Part shown: positions 40,170 through 49,834 of the stretch, in pieces
Layout: every line of letters begins with the position of its first letter
How positions within the stretch are numbered: the first letter of the stretch is position 1
Translations under genes and position numbers: made by a program
NCBI GenBank assembly: GCA_963667035.1
Contig: OY762964.1
Span: forward strand, 2,400,001 to 2,464,000
Origin: Candidatus Cloacimonadales bacterium
Lineage (GTDB): Bacteria > Cloacimonadota > Cloacimonadia > Cloacimonadales > JAFGVF01
Direction: 5' to 3'
DNA length: 64,000 nucleotides
Notes under the pieces: model-generated
What the model saw: only the letters and a program-made list of their open reading frames with translations
Database searches by the model: none
What the model was told of the DNA's origin: nothing

Positions 40170-41510
40170 CTATTTCTTCAATCCCAGTTCTTTTATCTTT
40201 CTGGATAAATTACTTTGTTGTAATCCTAAGGCATGGGCTGTCTTAGTTATATTCCACTCAAATTTCTTGAGTTGCTCCGAAAGATATCTTTTCTCACAGT
40301 TCATTTTTTTAACTTGATATGATACTGATTCTGTCCAAAACTCATGTTCGGAAGAAAACTCATCAGGATTTATTATTAAATCATTTATGTTTATAACAGG
40401 ACCATCTGTGAATATATATAATCTCTCAATCAGATTTCTTAACTGTCTGACATTACCCGGGAATGTAACTTTTACAAGATTATCAAGTACATCTTGAGAG
40501 ATTTGTTTAATTGGCATATTCATTTCATCAGCAAAGAGTTTAGAGAAGTATTGAGCTAGCACCGGAATATCCTCTACTCTCTCTCGTAATGGAGGAATAA
40601 CTATTGGAACTACGTTTAATCGGTAGTAAAGATCTTCCCTAAAACGTCCTTCTTTAACCATTTCTTCCAGATTCTTATGAGTAGCAGCAACGACTCTTGT
40701 TTCTATTCGTATAGATTTATTGGAGCCTACTCGTTCAAACTCTCCTTCTTGGATAACTCTCAGTATTTTAGCTTGAGCAGATAGATTCATATCTCCTATC
40801 TCATCCAGAAAAAGTGTTCCTTCGTCAGCTTCTTCGATTTTACCTTTTTTACTTCCAACTGCACCAGTGAAAGCTCCTTTCTCATAACCGAAAAGCTCAC
40901 TTTCTACTAGTTCAGCAGGTATAGCGGCACTATTGAATCTAATGAAGTTACCCTTTCTTTTACTTTGTTTATGTATTGCCCAAGCTACCAACTCTTTACC
41001 TGTTCCGCTCTCTCCCCTTATCAAAACTTTAGAATTAGTTGGAGCAACTTTTTCAATCTTGTTTTTAAGCTCTTTTATGGAGTTACTAACTCCAACCATT
41101 CTATATTTGCTCTCAGCATCTTTTTTGAGTTTCCTGATACCTTGAGTTAATCTTAGGATTTTTAGATTACGTTGAAGAGTAAGTCTAACCATAGGAAGTG
41201 ACAAAGGTTTTTCTAAAAAATCAGCAGCTCCTGATTTCAGAGCTTTAACAGCTAAAGGAATATTCCCATGACCAGATATCATTACGACAGGAAATACATA
41301 CCCGCTGTTTCTAATTGTTTCCAGAACGTCTAAACCACTTTTATCGGGTAATTTAACATCAAGAAAGAGCATATCTGGATTGTAAGTTGCTATTTTAGTT
41401 AAACCATCTTTAGCATTTAAAGCTACATCAGCAGAGTAACCCTCTTCTTCAGATATTTCTTTCAAAAGTCTACAGATGTTTCGTTCGTCATCAATTATCA
41501 ATACTTTCAT
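40170..41510 (-). CDS. Sigma54-dependent response regulator (NtrC/NtrX family)
   Basis: Receiver domain; GESGTGKE; ESELFGYEKGAFTGA; LFLDEIGD; FREDLYYRLNV; Fis-type HTH. Confidence 0.93.
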   Translation of the reverse strand: MKVLIIDDERNICRLLKEISEEEGYSADVALNAKDGLTKIATYNPDMLFLDVKLPDKSGLDVLETIRNSGYVFPVVMISGHGNIPLAVKALKSGAADFLEKPLSLPMVRLTLQRNLKILRLTQGIRKLKKDAESKYRMVGVSNSIKELKNKIEKVAPTNSKVLIRGESGTGKELVAWAIHKQSKRKGNFIRFNSAAIPAELVESELFGYEKGAFTGAVGSKKGKIEEADEGTLFLDEIGDMNLSAQAKILRVIQEGEFERVGSNKSIRIETRVVAATHKNLEEMVKEGRFREDLYYRLNVVPIVIPPLRERVEDIPVLAQYFSKLFADEMNMPIKQISQDVLDNLVKVTFPGNVRQLRNLIERLYIFTDGPVININDLIINPDEFSSEHEFWTESVSYQVKKMNCEKRYLSEQLKKFEWNITKTAHALGLQQSNLSRKIKELGLKK

Positions 41511-42654
41511 CAGACCTCTCCAGAGTAATTATAAACTTTGTTCCTTCTCCGACTGTACTATCAACCCATATATCTCCGGCATTAGCTGTCACAAGTTTTT
41601 TCACAACAGATAAACCCAATCCCGTGCCATTTTGCTTCTTTGTAAAGTATGGGTCAAATATTCTCGGTAAATCTTCTTCGGCAATTCCGGAGCCTTTATC
41701 TTCTATTACCAGTACCACTCTGCCTATCTTACTACTTAATTTTATCTGTACACAACCTTCTTCAGTACACGCATCTAAAGCATTTTGTAGCAAATTAGTA
41801 AATATCTGATAAAAATGATTACGATCAAAGCATATATGGGCATTTACATCCATTTCAGTTGATATCTCGAATCTTCCCTCATAGCCTGCAATAATCTCAT
41901 TTATTTGAACTGCAGGAGCGAATATTACTTTATCAGGTTCCACCGGACGAGCAAAGTCAGAGAAACTCCTGGAAATAGCTAAGAGGTTCTCAATTTCATG
42001 ATTAATTACTTCCAAAGCTGAAGGGAAATAGCTTGTGAAAGCTTCTCTATCGGTAATATACTTCTCCTCTAGTCTTTCCAATGATAGTTTTATAGGTGTT
42101 AGAGGATTCTTTATCTCGTGAGCAAGAATCCTAGACAAATCTTTCCACAATAGTTCTTTCTCTGAGGCTAGGAGTTTCTGTTGAGTTAACTCCAATTCCT
42201 CAGACATTATATTGAAAGATTTCTTTAGGTCTCTTAATTCCGGAATTCCTTTCTCAGAAAGATGGACATTAAAGTTTCCTGCCGATATAAGGTCAGTTGC
42301 TTTTCTTAGTTCATATAAAGGTTTGCTTATAGTATTAACAATAAAAATAAAAGAGCTTATCCCAATTATGAACAGAATTAAAACCCAAACCCAAGAATAA
42401 ATTCTCATGTTTATTAGTGATGTTCTTGATGCTGCTCTGGCTTGAAGGTATTTGTTAAGAATCCTCTCAGCTTTTAAAGAATCATTCACTGTTGAATAAG
42501 AAGCATCGGACAAGAATTCTTCAAGACCTAAGTTTTCATAAGCAATACCAATATCATTTTGACCATTCTGTACAACTTTATTCAGAAGCCAGATACTTCC
42601 TGAGAACAAAATTATGAATATAATTATTAGGTAATATTTTAGTCCTATCTTCAT
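41491..42654 (-). CDS. Membrane sensor histidine kinase (HAMP-HisKA-HATPase), NtrY-like
   Basis: Two TM helices; HAMP domain; WKDLSRILAHEIKNPLTPI; NLLQNA; GTGLGL. Confidence 0.92.
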   Translation of the reverse strand: MKIGLKYYLIIIFIILFSGSIWLLNKVVQNGQNDIGIAYENLGLEEFLSDASYSTVNDSLKAERILNKYLQARAASRTSLINMRIYSWVWVLILFIIGISSFIFIVNTISKPLYELRKATDLISAGNFNVHLSEKGIPELRDLKKSFNIMSEELELTQQKLLASEKELLWKDLSRILAHEIKNPLTPIKLSLERLEEKYITDREAFTSYFPSALEVINHEIENLLAISRSFSDFARPVEPDKVIFAPAVQINEIIAGYEGRFEISTEMDVNAHICFDRNHFYQIFTNLLQNALDACTEEGCVQIKLSSKIGRVVLVIEDKGSGIAEEDLPRIFDPYFTKKQNGTGLGLSVVKKLVTANAGDIWVDSTVGEGTKFIITLERSDESIDN

Positions 42655-43196
42655 TTATAATCAACCGGATTAATATTTATTTTGAGTTCGGGAGACTTAT
42701 TCTTCCATAGCAGATTAAGGTCGAACTCTTTTTGTTGTGAAGCAAAGAATAACTTATTTAGCTTTGCAATTATTCTAATAGTACACTTATCACAATCAGG
42801 AAGTAACAATAACCTATCAAACTGAGAAAATGCCTTGATCATCTCGTTCAACTCAGTAAAATAACTATCCGGGAAACCTGCATTATTTTTCATAACATAA
42901 GTTTTCTCCATAGGTTTATATTCTACAGTATGATTATGTACCATTGTTTTATATATCTCTCCATCGGCATAAATATCAATATCGAAATCCAAACTTATTT
43001 CTTCACCTGATTTAAACACATCATCAAAATCATTTTCAAAAGCTCCGACTAACTCTGTTCTACAGCTGATTCCACTATCAAGCACTTCTAACTCAGGAGT
43101 GTTAAAAGATGCATTATTACCTTCATAAGATGAAAATAACAAGAAGGAAAGAGCTATTGCTCCTTTCATAAGATTATCAGCTATTTTTTCAAACAT
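42651..43196 (-). CDS. DUF4390-like exported protein
   Basis: Signal-like N-terminus; size and position directly upstream of the NtrY/NtrX-like pair match DUF4390-ntrY-ntrX operons. Confidence 0.55.
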   Translation of the reverse strand: MFEKIADNLMKGAIALSFLLFSSYEGNNASFNTPELEVLDSGISCRTELVGAFENDFDDVFKSGEEISLDFDIDIYADGEIYKTMVHNHTVEYKPMEKTYVMKNNAGFPDSYFTELNEMIKAFSQFDRLLLLPDCDKCTIRIIAKLNKLFFASQQKEFDLNLLWKNKSPELKININPVDYK

Positions 43197-43250
43197 GGAT
43201 TACCTCTACAATATTTTTACCCTTCGGCTCTTTTTGGCAATATCTTTTTT

Positions 43251-43294
43251 AAAAAGAGGAGAGGCCCCGCCTACATGGCAAGGCCCGACCCTGA
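43251..43294 (-). terminator. Probable terminator/attenuator after the PDZ gene
   Basis: Minus strand GGGCCTTGCC-ATGTA-GGCGGGGCCT (with G-U pairs) followed by CTCCTCTTTTT. Confidence 0.6.
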
Positions 43295-43310
43295 CCGCTT
43301 AGAGAAATAG

Positions 43311-44618
43311 TTAAAATCCGAAACTTATCCAAGGACCAACAGTAAATGCATAACCATTCATAGTTGTCTCTGGTGAGTTATCTATAATAAAGTTTCCGCT
43401 TGTTTCTTTCCAACCCGGTTCCGAGCTATACCCGATCAAGTATGATCCTTCGGCTCTTATTCCTAACCAACTTAGAATGCCTATGTATAAATCGGCTTTA
43501 GGACGTGCGATATAATAGCTTCTCTTCATCTTCATAGCATTGTTACTATCTGAGTCAAATTGATTGTCTAAATCATTCCAATTGTAAACACCATTTGTCT
43601 GAGTAAAGTTAAGAGTCTGATTACCGCTTCCTAAGGCAATACCTAATGTTGGTTGAATCCACTTGGCTAACATAAATTTCTTATCAATTGTTATGCCCCA
43701 CCAGTTACTTTTAAACTCCATTCTTCGAGTAACGCTGAAGTCTTTTGTCGAATCCTTATATTCATCAGGTTGTATAGGATTAGAGGAATCACTTGTAGAA
43801 ATCAAATGTCCAACTTTTCTATTTATCTTGTAACTTGTTCCCATAGCACCAAGATAAAAACCTTTACCAACATGAATTCTACCGGTAAAACCATTATAGA
43901 ACACTCCATCTTCATCTAACTTATCAAACCCCATTTTTCCGATAACATCGTTAACATCTTCAATATCATCCATCATATACCAATATGGTGTATACATGAA
44001 TTCTAGAGATGGATAATCTAATCTCTTTTCAGATGTTATTACTGACTTTGTTGTAGTTGTGGTTACCTTCTTCTCAGGACGTCTACCAAATGTAAAGTTC
44101 ATTACTTTCTCTTCACCGTATGAGAAATACTTAATTGGTACGGTTTGATCAGGCATATAAGACTGTATAATCTTTACAAATTTATCTTTATCTATACACT
44201 TTTTACCATCAATTTCAATTAAAACATCATCAGCGGCAAGACCATGTTGATGAGCAGGAGAAGATGCACCTGTACCTGTGATGAGAACTCCATAGTTATA
44301 TGGATAATCAAGTTCTCTAACTTTATTCAGGGTCAAATTCTCATAATAAACACCCATATAAGCTCTTTCACCGGCTGATTCGGTTGTAGAGTTAACTGTG
44401 ATTATTCTAGTCTCATCATCTCCATCAATTGCAAATTCAATATTCTCACCAAGCATCTCGGCTTTTTCACCAACTCTCTCACCAAATGCTTCCACCTTTT
44501 CACCAAATGCTTCCATCTTTTCTTCTATTTCATCTGGGCTATCAGCTGTAATTGTAGCTGAAAGCAACCACACCAGTGGAAACAGAGAAATCATTAAAAC
44601 TATTAATAACTTTTTCAT
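43311..44618 (-). CDS. Exported PDZ-domain protein with predicted C-terminal outer-membrane beta-barrel
   Basis: Signal peptide; heptad repeat EAFGEKV; PDZ (AYMGV...SPAHQHGLAADDVLIEIDG); alternating beta strands ending GPWISFGF. Confidence 0.75.
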   Translation of the reverse strand: MKKLLIVLMISLFPLVWLLSATITADSPDEIEEKMEAFGEKVEAFGERVGEKAEMLGENIEFAIDGDDETRIITVNSTTESAGERAYMGVYYENLTLNKVRELDYPYNYGVLITGTGASSPAHQHGLAADDVLIEIDGKKCIDKDKFVKIIQSYMPDQTVPIKYFSYGEEKVMNFTFGRRPEKKVTTTTTKSVITSEKRLDYPSLEFMYTPYWYMMDDIEDVNDVIGKMGFDKLDEDGVFYNGFTGRIHVGKGFYLGAMGTSYKINRKVGHLISTSDSSNPIQPDEYKDSTKDFSVTRRMEFKSNWWGITIDKKFMLAKWIQPTLGIALGSGNQTLNFTQTNGVYNWNDLDNQFDSDSNNAMKMKRSYYIARPKADLYIGILSWLGIRAEGSYLIGYSSEPGWKETSGNFIIDNSPETTMNGYAFTVGPWISFGF

Positions 44619-44658
44619 TTTATCCTCCCGTCGTTTATTAATGTCGATCTTTTATTAC

Positions 44659-44675
44659 TGCACGATACGTTCCAA
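44659..44675 (-). promoter_or_regulatory. Candidate sigma-54 (-24/-12) promoter of the PDZ gene
   Basis: Minus strand TTGGAACGTATCGTGCA has GG-N10-GC spacing, 40 bp upstream of the start codon. An IHF-consensus match TATCAATATTTTA lies at 44704-44716. Confidence 0.65.
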
Positions 44676-44874
44676 TTTCATTCCAATCCAACAAGCTATT
44701 TTATATCAATATTTTACGAGCTCTCATCATCACTTTAAACAATTCAAGAGCACAACTATATATATCATTATGATATATCCGGCAGGTAGGTTTGATATAG
44801 TTATAAGGGATTTATAAGACATATTTCTTGCCATAATGAAATTAGCAACTATCATAACACTACAAAGGAGATTT

Positions 44875-46824
44875 ATGAGATTAAGAGATTATCTGTTTGA
44901 TGTTGCTCCGAAGATTGTTTCGTACGAAAGGGCTCGAAAAGGTGGAAAGAGAACCTCCAATCCTCTTACAATAACTTTTTCTGTTACTGGTGCGTGCAGA
45001 AGCTTATGTAAAACCTGCAATATAGGTAGAGTTTATATGGAAAATCCTGATATTGCCAAGAAAGATTTATCACTTAATGAGATAGAGTCTGTTTTTAAAT
45101 CTTTAGGGCATATCTACTTCTTCAATGTGTCCGGAGGTGAACCATTCATGAGAATGGATCTTCCGGAAATACTGAAATTAGCTTTTATTCATTTAAAGCC
45201 AAAATTAATTAGTATCCCGACAAACTCATTAGCTCCTAAATCAATTGAAAAAGCAACACTAAAAATCTTAGCATATATGGATGAATATCTTCCCCCTCAT
45301 GTACCTTTATCAATAAAACCATCTATAGATGGGGTTGGAGAAATGCATGACTATGTTAGGGGAATTAAAGGTAACTTTGTTAAACTGGAAGAAACTATCG
45401 ATAGACTTCTAGCTATTAGAGAAAAGAATCCTCGATTACATGTTGATTTAGGTACTGTAATCTCTAATTACAACCTTAATCACTTAGATGATCTTGAAGC
45501 ATGGGTACACAAAAGAGGCATAGAATCGTATAGACATGAGATAGCAGAACAGAGAGTAGAATTTCATAATGTAGGAGATCCGATAACTCCTTCTCCTAGA
45601 GCTTATAAACAACTTACTCGTGATTTTTCCAACAAAATTATTGAGAATATTAAAGGCAAAGCTCTTCACACAAAAGTAACCGAGTCGGTACGTCTTGCCT
45701 ATTATGATGTTGCAAACAACATTTTAAAGCAAAAGCAGCAAGTTACACCCTGTTATGGTGGATTATCTAATATCCATATGGATTATAATGGCGAAATATG
45801 GCCTTGTTGTATCCTTGGCGGAGAGCAATCCATGGGTAATGTAAGAGATTGGGACTATAACATTCAAGCTCTTATGGATTCACCTAGAGCTAAAACAGTT
45901 ATCGAGTATATAAGTAATGGAAATTGTGCATGTCCACTGGCTAGTCAGTGGCTTAACAATGTTTTACTCACGCCTAAGCACATGCTTAACGTACTCTATA
46001 TTCTTTTGGTAAAATTCCCGTTTAGATTGTTATCTCCTAGTTTAGGGAAGCCAAAAGTTGATAAAGAGGAAGCAATCATTCTGAAGAAGGCTGGTACTAT
46101 ACCCACTCCTTCATGTTTTAATCAAGATGAGCTTGAGAAGAATGATAAAGAGTTTACTGAAGTTAAGCCAATAACAAATGTTAAAACTTTTAGGGTCAAA
46201 GAGATCAATAATCTATCGAATAAAAACTACATCCTTACAATAGATAGGCACGGTATAGATTTCATACCGGGGCAATTCTTTATTCTTGGTCCTGCAAATG
46301 AGAAGATAGGTAGAGAATACACCATTTACTCAAGTCGATATAACTCTAACCTTAAGTTTATGATATCTGAAATCGAAAACGGACAAGTATCAGGAGCATT
46401 AAGAAAACTAGAACCGGGAGATGAAGTAAGAATCGAAGGACCATTAGGATATTTTCATGTCGAAACTGACCCCACTTTTAAAGGGAAGCATATATTCATT
46501 GCTACAGGTGCGGGAATTGCTCCTTTCCACTCTTTCATTACCAGTAATCCTGATTTGAATTATCAGGTTATTCACGGAGTACGCAAACTTGAAGAGAGTT
46601 TTGATACTTCTGATTATGAAAGGGAAAAGATGATCATCTGTACTTCTCGAGAAGATACCGGTGATTATCATGGTAGAGTGACAGACTATCTGAGAGATAA
46701 TCCGGTAAATGCAGAAGATATTTTCTATATTTGCGGAAACACTGATATGCTTTACGAAACTTATGATATTCTAATTTCTCAGGGAGTTACCAGGAAATCA
46801 ATCAAAGTGGAAGTCTTTTATTAA
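44875..46824 (+). CDS. Radical SAM (SPASM/Twitch) protein fused to a C-terminal ferredoxin-NADP reductase-like FAD/NAD domain
   Basis: AAGGAG RBS; CRSLCKTC; SGGEPF; CYGG...GEIWPCC...CACP; then REYTIYS, GQVS, IATGAGIAPF, YICG and terminal EVFY. Confidence 0.85.
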   Translation: MRLRDYLFDVAPKIVSYERARKGGKRTSNPLTITFSVTGACRSLCKTCNIGRVYMENPDIAKKDLSLNEIESVFKSLGHIYFFNVSGGEPFMRMDLPEILKLAFIHLKPKLISIPTNSLAPKSIEKATLKILAYMDEYLPPHVPLSIKPSIDGVGEMHDYVRGIKGNFVKLEETIDRLLAIREKNPRLHVDLGTVISNYNLNHLDDLEAWVHKRGIESYRHEIAEQRVEFHNVGDPITPSPRAYKQLTRDFSNKIIENIKGKALHTKVTESVRLAYYDVANNILKQKQQVTPCYGGLSNIHMDYNGEIWPCCILGGEQSMGNVRDWDYNIQALMDSPRAKTVIEYISNGNCACPLASQWLNNVLLTPKHMLNVLYILLVKFPFRLLSPSLGKPKVDKEEAIILKKAGTIPTPSCFNQDELEKNDKEFTEVKPITNVKTFRVKEINNLSNKNYILTIDRHGIDFIPGQFFILGPANEKIGREYTIYSSRYNSNLKFMISEIENGQVSGALRKLEPGDEVRIEGPLGYFHVETDPTFKGKHIFIATGAGIAPFHSFITSNPDLNYQVIHGVRKLEESFDTSDYEREKMIICTSREDTGDYHGRVTDYLRDNPVNAEDIFYICGNTDMLYETYDILISQGVTRKSIKVEVFY

Positions 46825-46853
46825 TCAGTAACTAATAAAGTTACAACGTAATT

Positions 46854-47498
46854 TTATATACAGTACTCTTTAACTTTAGCTATAAAGTATTCCCTAATCT
46901 CTGAAAGCCTTGTATCTTCAATACTTTCCGGGACTAGTATCTGACAGTAAGCTCCGGTAGTTTCATCGGTTACCGATGTTCTCACAGAGTCAGTCATAGG
47001 TGAGCCAAACGCTCCCTTTGAGTCTGAGTATACAATTCTACCCGAGAAGTTTATAACTTGATGATTAAGTGCCAAATACTCATCTGTAGTCTTCCCAAGC
47101 CTGATTTCGATATCACCTTCTATCTTTTCACTATCATAAATGCAAACAGGTACCTGATACTTTAAAGATACAAGATTCCCCAAATCTACAAGATTACTCA
47201 CCGTATAAAATTCTTTATTCTTTAGTGCTCTTCTGAGTAAAGCTTCCGAAGCCGGTCTTCGTTTTGTCGGGTCCATTCCCAACGCATGAAACAACCTTCT
47301 TACATCATTTACTCCCGGGATATCCGTAACTGAAACATTCCCATATCTATTCCTATAATCTTCAGCACATCTTAATAACTCAGAATGCACTTCCGCATTT
47401 TTGTATATTCTCAAGCCTTCAACATGAAAAACACTCACCTTCAAAGGTAAGTTATCTTTTACGTGATATTCATTATTTTCAACATATCTTATATTCAT
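46854..47498 (-). CDS. Stand-alone B3/4 (PheRS beta editing-like) domain protein
   Basis: GMDPTKRRPASEALLRR, NLVDLGNLVSL, YDSEKIEGDI, GSPMTDS. Confidence 0.85.
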   Translation of the reverse strand: MNIRYVENNEYHVKDNLPLKVSVFHVEGLRIYKNAEVHSELLRCAEDYRNRYGNVSVTDIPGVNDVRRLFHALGMDPTKRRPASEALLRRALKNKEFYTVSNLVDLGNLVSLKYQVPVCIYDSEKIEGDIEIRLGKTTDEYLALNHQVINFSGRIVYSDSKGAFGSPMTDSVRTSVTDETTGAYCQILVPESIEDTRLSEIREYFIAKVKEYCI

Positions 47499-47669
47499 TA
47501 TTTACAACCTCATCACTATTAACAATTACTAATAGAAGAACTTTGTCAAGTTTACGTTACTGCTATCTATGAAGAGAAAACGACATAAACGGAAAGAATA
47601 GAACAAACATGAGTTTAGTGCTTTGCGTATTCAAGTTTTCTTAATATCAATTATGCCCTATTTCAACAC

Positions 47670-47785
47670 TCGTGAATCTTTCGGGATTTGGTCATGATTC
47701 TCGTGGGAATTTCTCGGGCAAAGCCCCGAGTGATTCCCGAGAGAGTCCAGTGAGATTCCCGAGTGTGTCCCGAGTGTGTCCCGAG
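47670..47785. repeat. 11-bp-periodic inverted intergenic array 3
   Basis: TCGGGA-like units at 47670, 47681, 47692, (47703), 47714; CCCGAG at 47725, 47736, (47747), 47758, 47769, 47780. Confidence 0.92.
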
Positions 47786-47828
47786 AATTAAGATATAGCA
47801 GAAAAGGAAATAAGTTTGCGAATTCAAT

Positions 47829-47857
47829 AAAAAAAGCCTCTATAAAACAAGAGGCTT
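47829..47857 (-). terminator. Intrinsic terminator after frr
   Basis: AAGCCTCT/AGAGGCTT stem with a T-run on the minus strand. Confidence 0.85.
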
Positions 47858-47877
47858 AAAATAATCAAAGAAGGAAA

Positions 47878-48432
47878 TTATACTTCCATAATCTCTTTTT
47901 CTTTATTAGCAATGCTTTCGTCTACTTTAGTAATCCATTTATCTGTTTTATCCTGAACAGTCTTAAGATGTTTTTTCTCATCGTCTTCAGTAATATCAGA
48001 ATTCTTTTTAGCTTTCTTAATGTATTCGTTAGCATCACGACGAATGTTTCTAACAGCAATCTTTGCTTCTTCGCCCATCTGCTTAATTTGCTTAACAATC
48101 TCTTTACGCTTATCTTCTGTAAGAGCTTGGAAAGGAAGACGGATGATATTACCGTCATTTTCAGGTGTAACACCTAAATTAGCAGCATAAATAGCTTTTT
48201 CTATTTCAGCTAAGGTAGTTTTATCCCAAGGTTGAAGAACGATCATTCTTGCTTCGGGAATACTAATATTGCATAGCTGTTTTACAGGAGTAGGTGCACC
48301 GTAATAGTTAATTTTAATATTATCTAAAACGCTTGCATTAGCTCTTCCTGTTCTAACTTTAGCAAAGTTTCCAAGTAGAGATTCGAAGGATTTCTCCATC
48401 TTTTTATCTATATCATTAATATAGTCGTTCAT
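47878..48432 (-). CDS. frr: Ribosome recycling factor
   Basis: VRTGRANA, YYGAPTP, QPWDK, AVRNIRRDAN. Confidence 0.97.
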   Translation of the reverse strand: MNDYINDIDKKMEKSFESLLGNFAKVRTGRANASVLDNIKINYYGAPTPVKQLCNISIPEARMIVLQPWDKTTLAEIEKAIYAANLGVTPENDGNIIRLPFQALTEDKRKEIVKQIKQMGEEAKIAVRNIRRDANEYIKKAKKNSDITEDDEKKHLKTVQDKTDKWITKVDESIANKEKEIMEV

Positions 48433-48443
48433 TTTTCCCCCAA

Positions 48444-49169
48444 TTACTTATGAATAATTGTGCCGGTATTTTGTTCCAGAAGAGCATTCCGGACATTTCC
48501 TTTCTTCGTTACATCAAAAACTTTTATGGTTAGATTATGTTCTCTTGCAAGAGAAAAAGCGGTCATATCCATAATTCTTAATTCTTTGATAAGTGCTTCA
48601 TCGTATGATAAACTATCATATTTTACTGCATCTTGAACTTTGACAGGGTCAGCAGAATAAACTCCGTCAACTTTAGTTCCTTTAAGAACTAATCCTGCAT
48701 TAAGTTCAATAGCTCTAAGAACAGCAGCCGTGTCAGTAGTGAAGAACGGATTACCGGTGCCTCCGCAAAGGAAGCAAATTCTTCCTTCTTTTAAGGCATT
48801 ATCCACCCGATCAGGTGTGTAAAATTTAGCAATCTTATCTGCTTGAACAGCAGTAAAGACTTCTGCTCTATGGTTTTTGCGATTAATAACTTCAGCAAGA
48901 TAAAGAGCATTCTGGATAGTAGCAAGCATACCAACATTGTCTAAGACAGTTCTATCCAAAGACAATTTAGTCATACTTCCACCTCGGAAGATATTACCTC
49001 CACCGAGTACGATCCCGACAGATACTCCCAGTTTTCTCAATTCGATAATATCATCAGTTATAGAATCAACAACTTCATCATCAAATCCAAAACCTTTATC
49101 TCCGGCAAGAATCTCACCACTCAGTTTAAAGATTACACGCTGAATATTTTCCGGAATATATCTATCCAT
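48444..49169 (-). CDS. pyrH: UMP kinase
   Basis: KLSGE, GGGNIFRG, GTGNPFFTTD, VDGVYSADP. Confidence 0.97.
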   Translation of the reverse strand: MDRYIPENIQRVIFKLSGEILAGDKGFGFDDEVVDSITDDIIELRKLGVSVGIVLGGGNIFRGGSMTKLSLDRTVLDNVGMLATIQNALYLAEVINRKNHRAEVFTAVQADKIAKFYTPDRVDNALKEGRICFLCGGTGNPFFTTDTAAVLRAIELNAGLVLKGTKVDGVYSADPVKVQDAVKYDSLSYDEALIKELRIMDMTAFSLAREHNLTIKVFDVTKKGNVRNALLEQNTGTIIHK

Positions 49170-49192
49170 TAAGACTCCTACTTATACTTTAA

Positions 49193-49789
49193 TTATTCGC
49201 CAAGTGAAAGTCTGGCAAATCGAGCAATCTTAATATTCTCACCAAGAGACATGATTGCTTCATTGATAATGTCAGAAACTTTTCTGTCAGAATCTTTAAT
49301 GAAAGCTTGCTCCATAAGAGCATTTTCTTCTCTGAATTTACCGATAATACCTTCAACGATACGATCGATAATCTTTTCAGGTTTGCCATCGTTAATAGCT
49401 TTATTTCTGGCAATTTCAGCTTCAGCTTGAATAGTTGTATCATCAATATCATCTGCATTAACTGCAAGAGGATTAGTAGCAACAATTTGCATACAGATAT
49501 CTTTGCAAAGGTCTTTGAAGGCATCTGTTCTGGCAACGAAATCAGTTTCACAACTCATTTCAACCATAGCACCAACTTTACCGTTTGTGTGAACATAAGA
49601 ATATACGAGACCTTCGTGTGTTTCACGATCCGCTTTTTTAGCAGCTTTACTAAGACCTTTTTCACGAAGATATTTTACCGCTTCTTCAAGATTGCCATCT
49701 TTTTCTGTTAAAGCTCTTTTACAATCCATCATTCCAACACCTGTAAGCTCACGAAGCTTTTTAACATCAGCTGCAGAAATATTTGCCAT
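49193..49789 (-). CDS. tsf: Elongation factor Ts (short, 198-aa form)
   Basis: VKKLRELTGVGMMDCK, CETDFVA, GENIKIARFAR. Confidence 0.97.
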   Translation of the reverse strand: MANISAADVKKLRELTGVGMMDCKRALTEKDGNLEEAVKYLREKGLSKAAKKADRETHEGLVYSYVHTNGKVGAMVEMSCETDFVARTDAFKDLCKDICMQIVATNPLAVNADDIDDTTIQAEAEIARNKAINDGKPEKIIDRIVEGIIGKFREENALMEQAFIKDSDRKVSDIINEAIMSLGENIKIARFARLSLGE

Positions 49790-49834
49790 AGGAGACTCCT
49801 TATATTTTTTATTATTAGTTCAAGATTAAAAACT

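Noticed and set aside
43251..43300. GC-rich tract as a tRNA or SRP fragment
   Set aside because: No cloverleaf or T-loop; it folds as a single hairpin followed by a U-tract.
44398..44817. 139-aa plus-strand ORF with SPNAS repeats
   Set aside because: Antisense to the 21-bp coding repeat of the PDZ gene.
31459..47785. The 11-bp arrays as CRISPR arrays
   Set aside because: Cores are 5-6 bp with about 5-bp linkers, not 23-47-bp repeats with unique spacers, and there is no cas operon.
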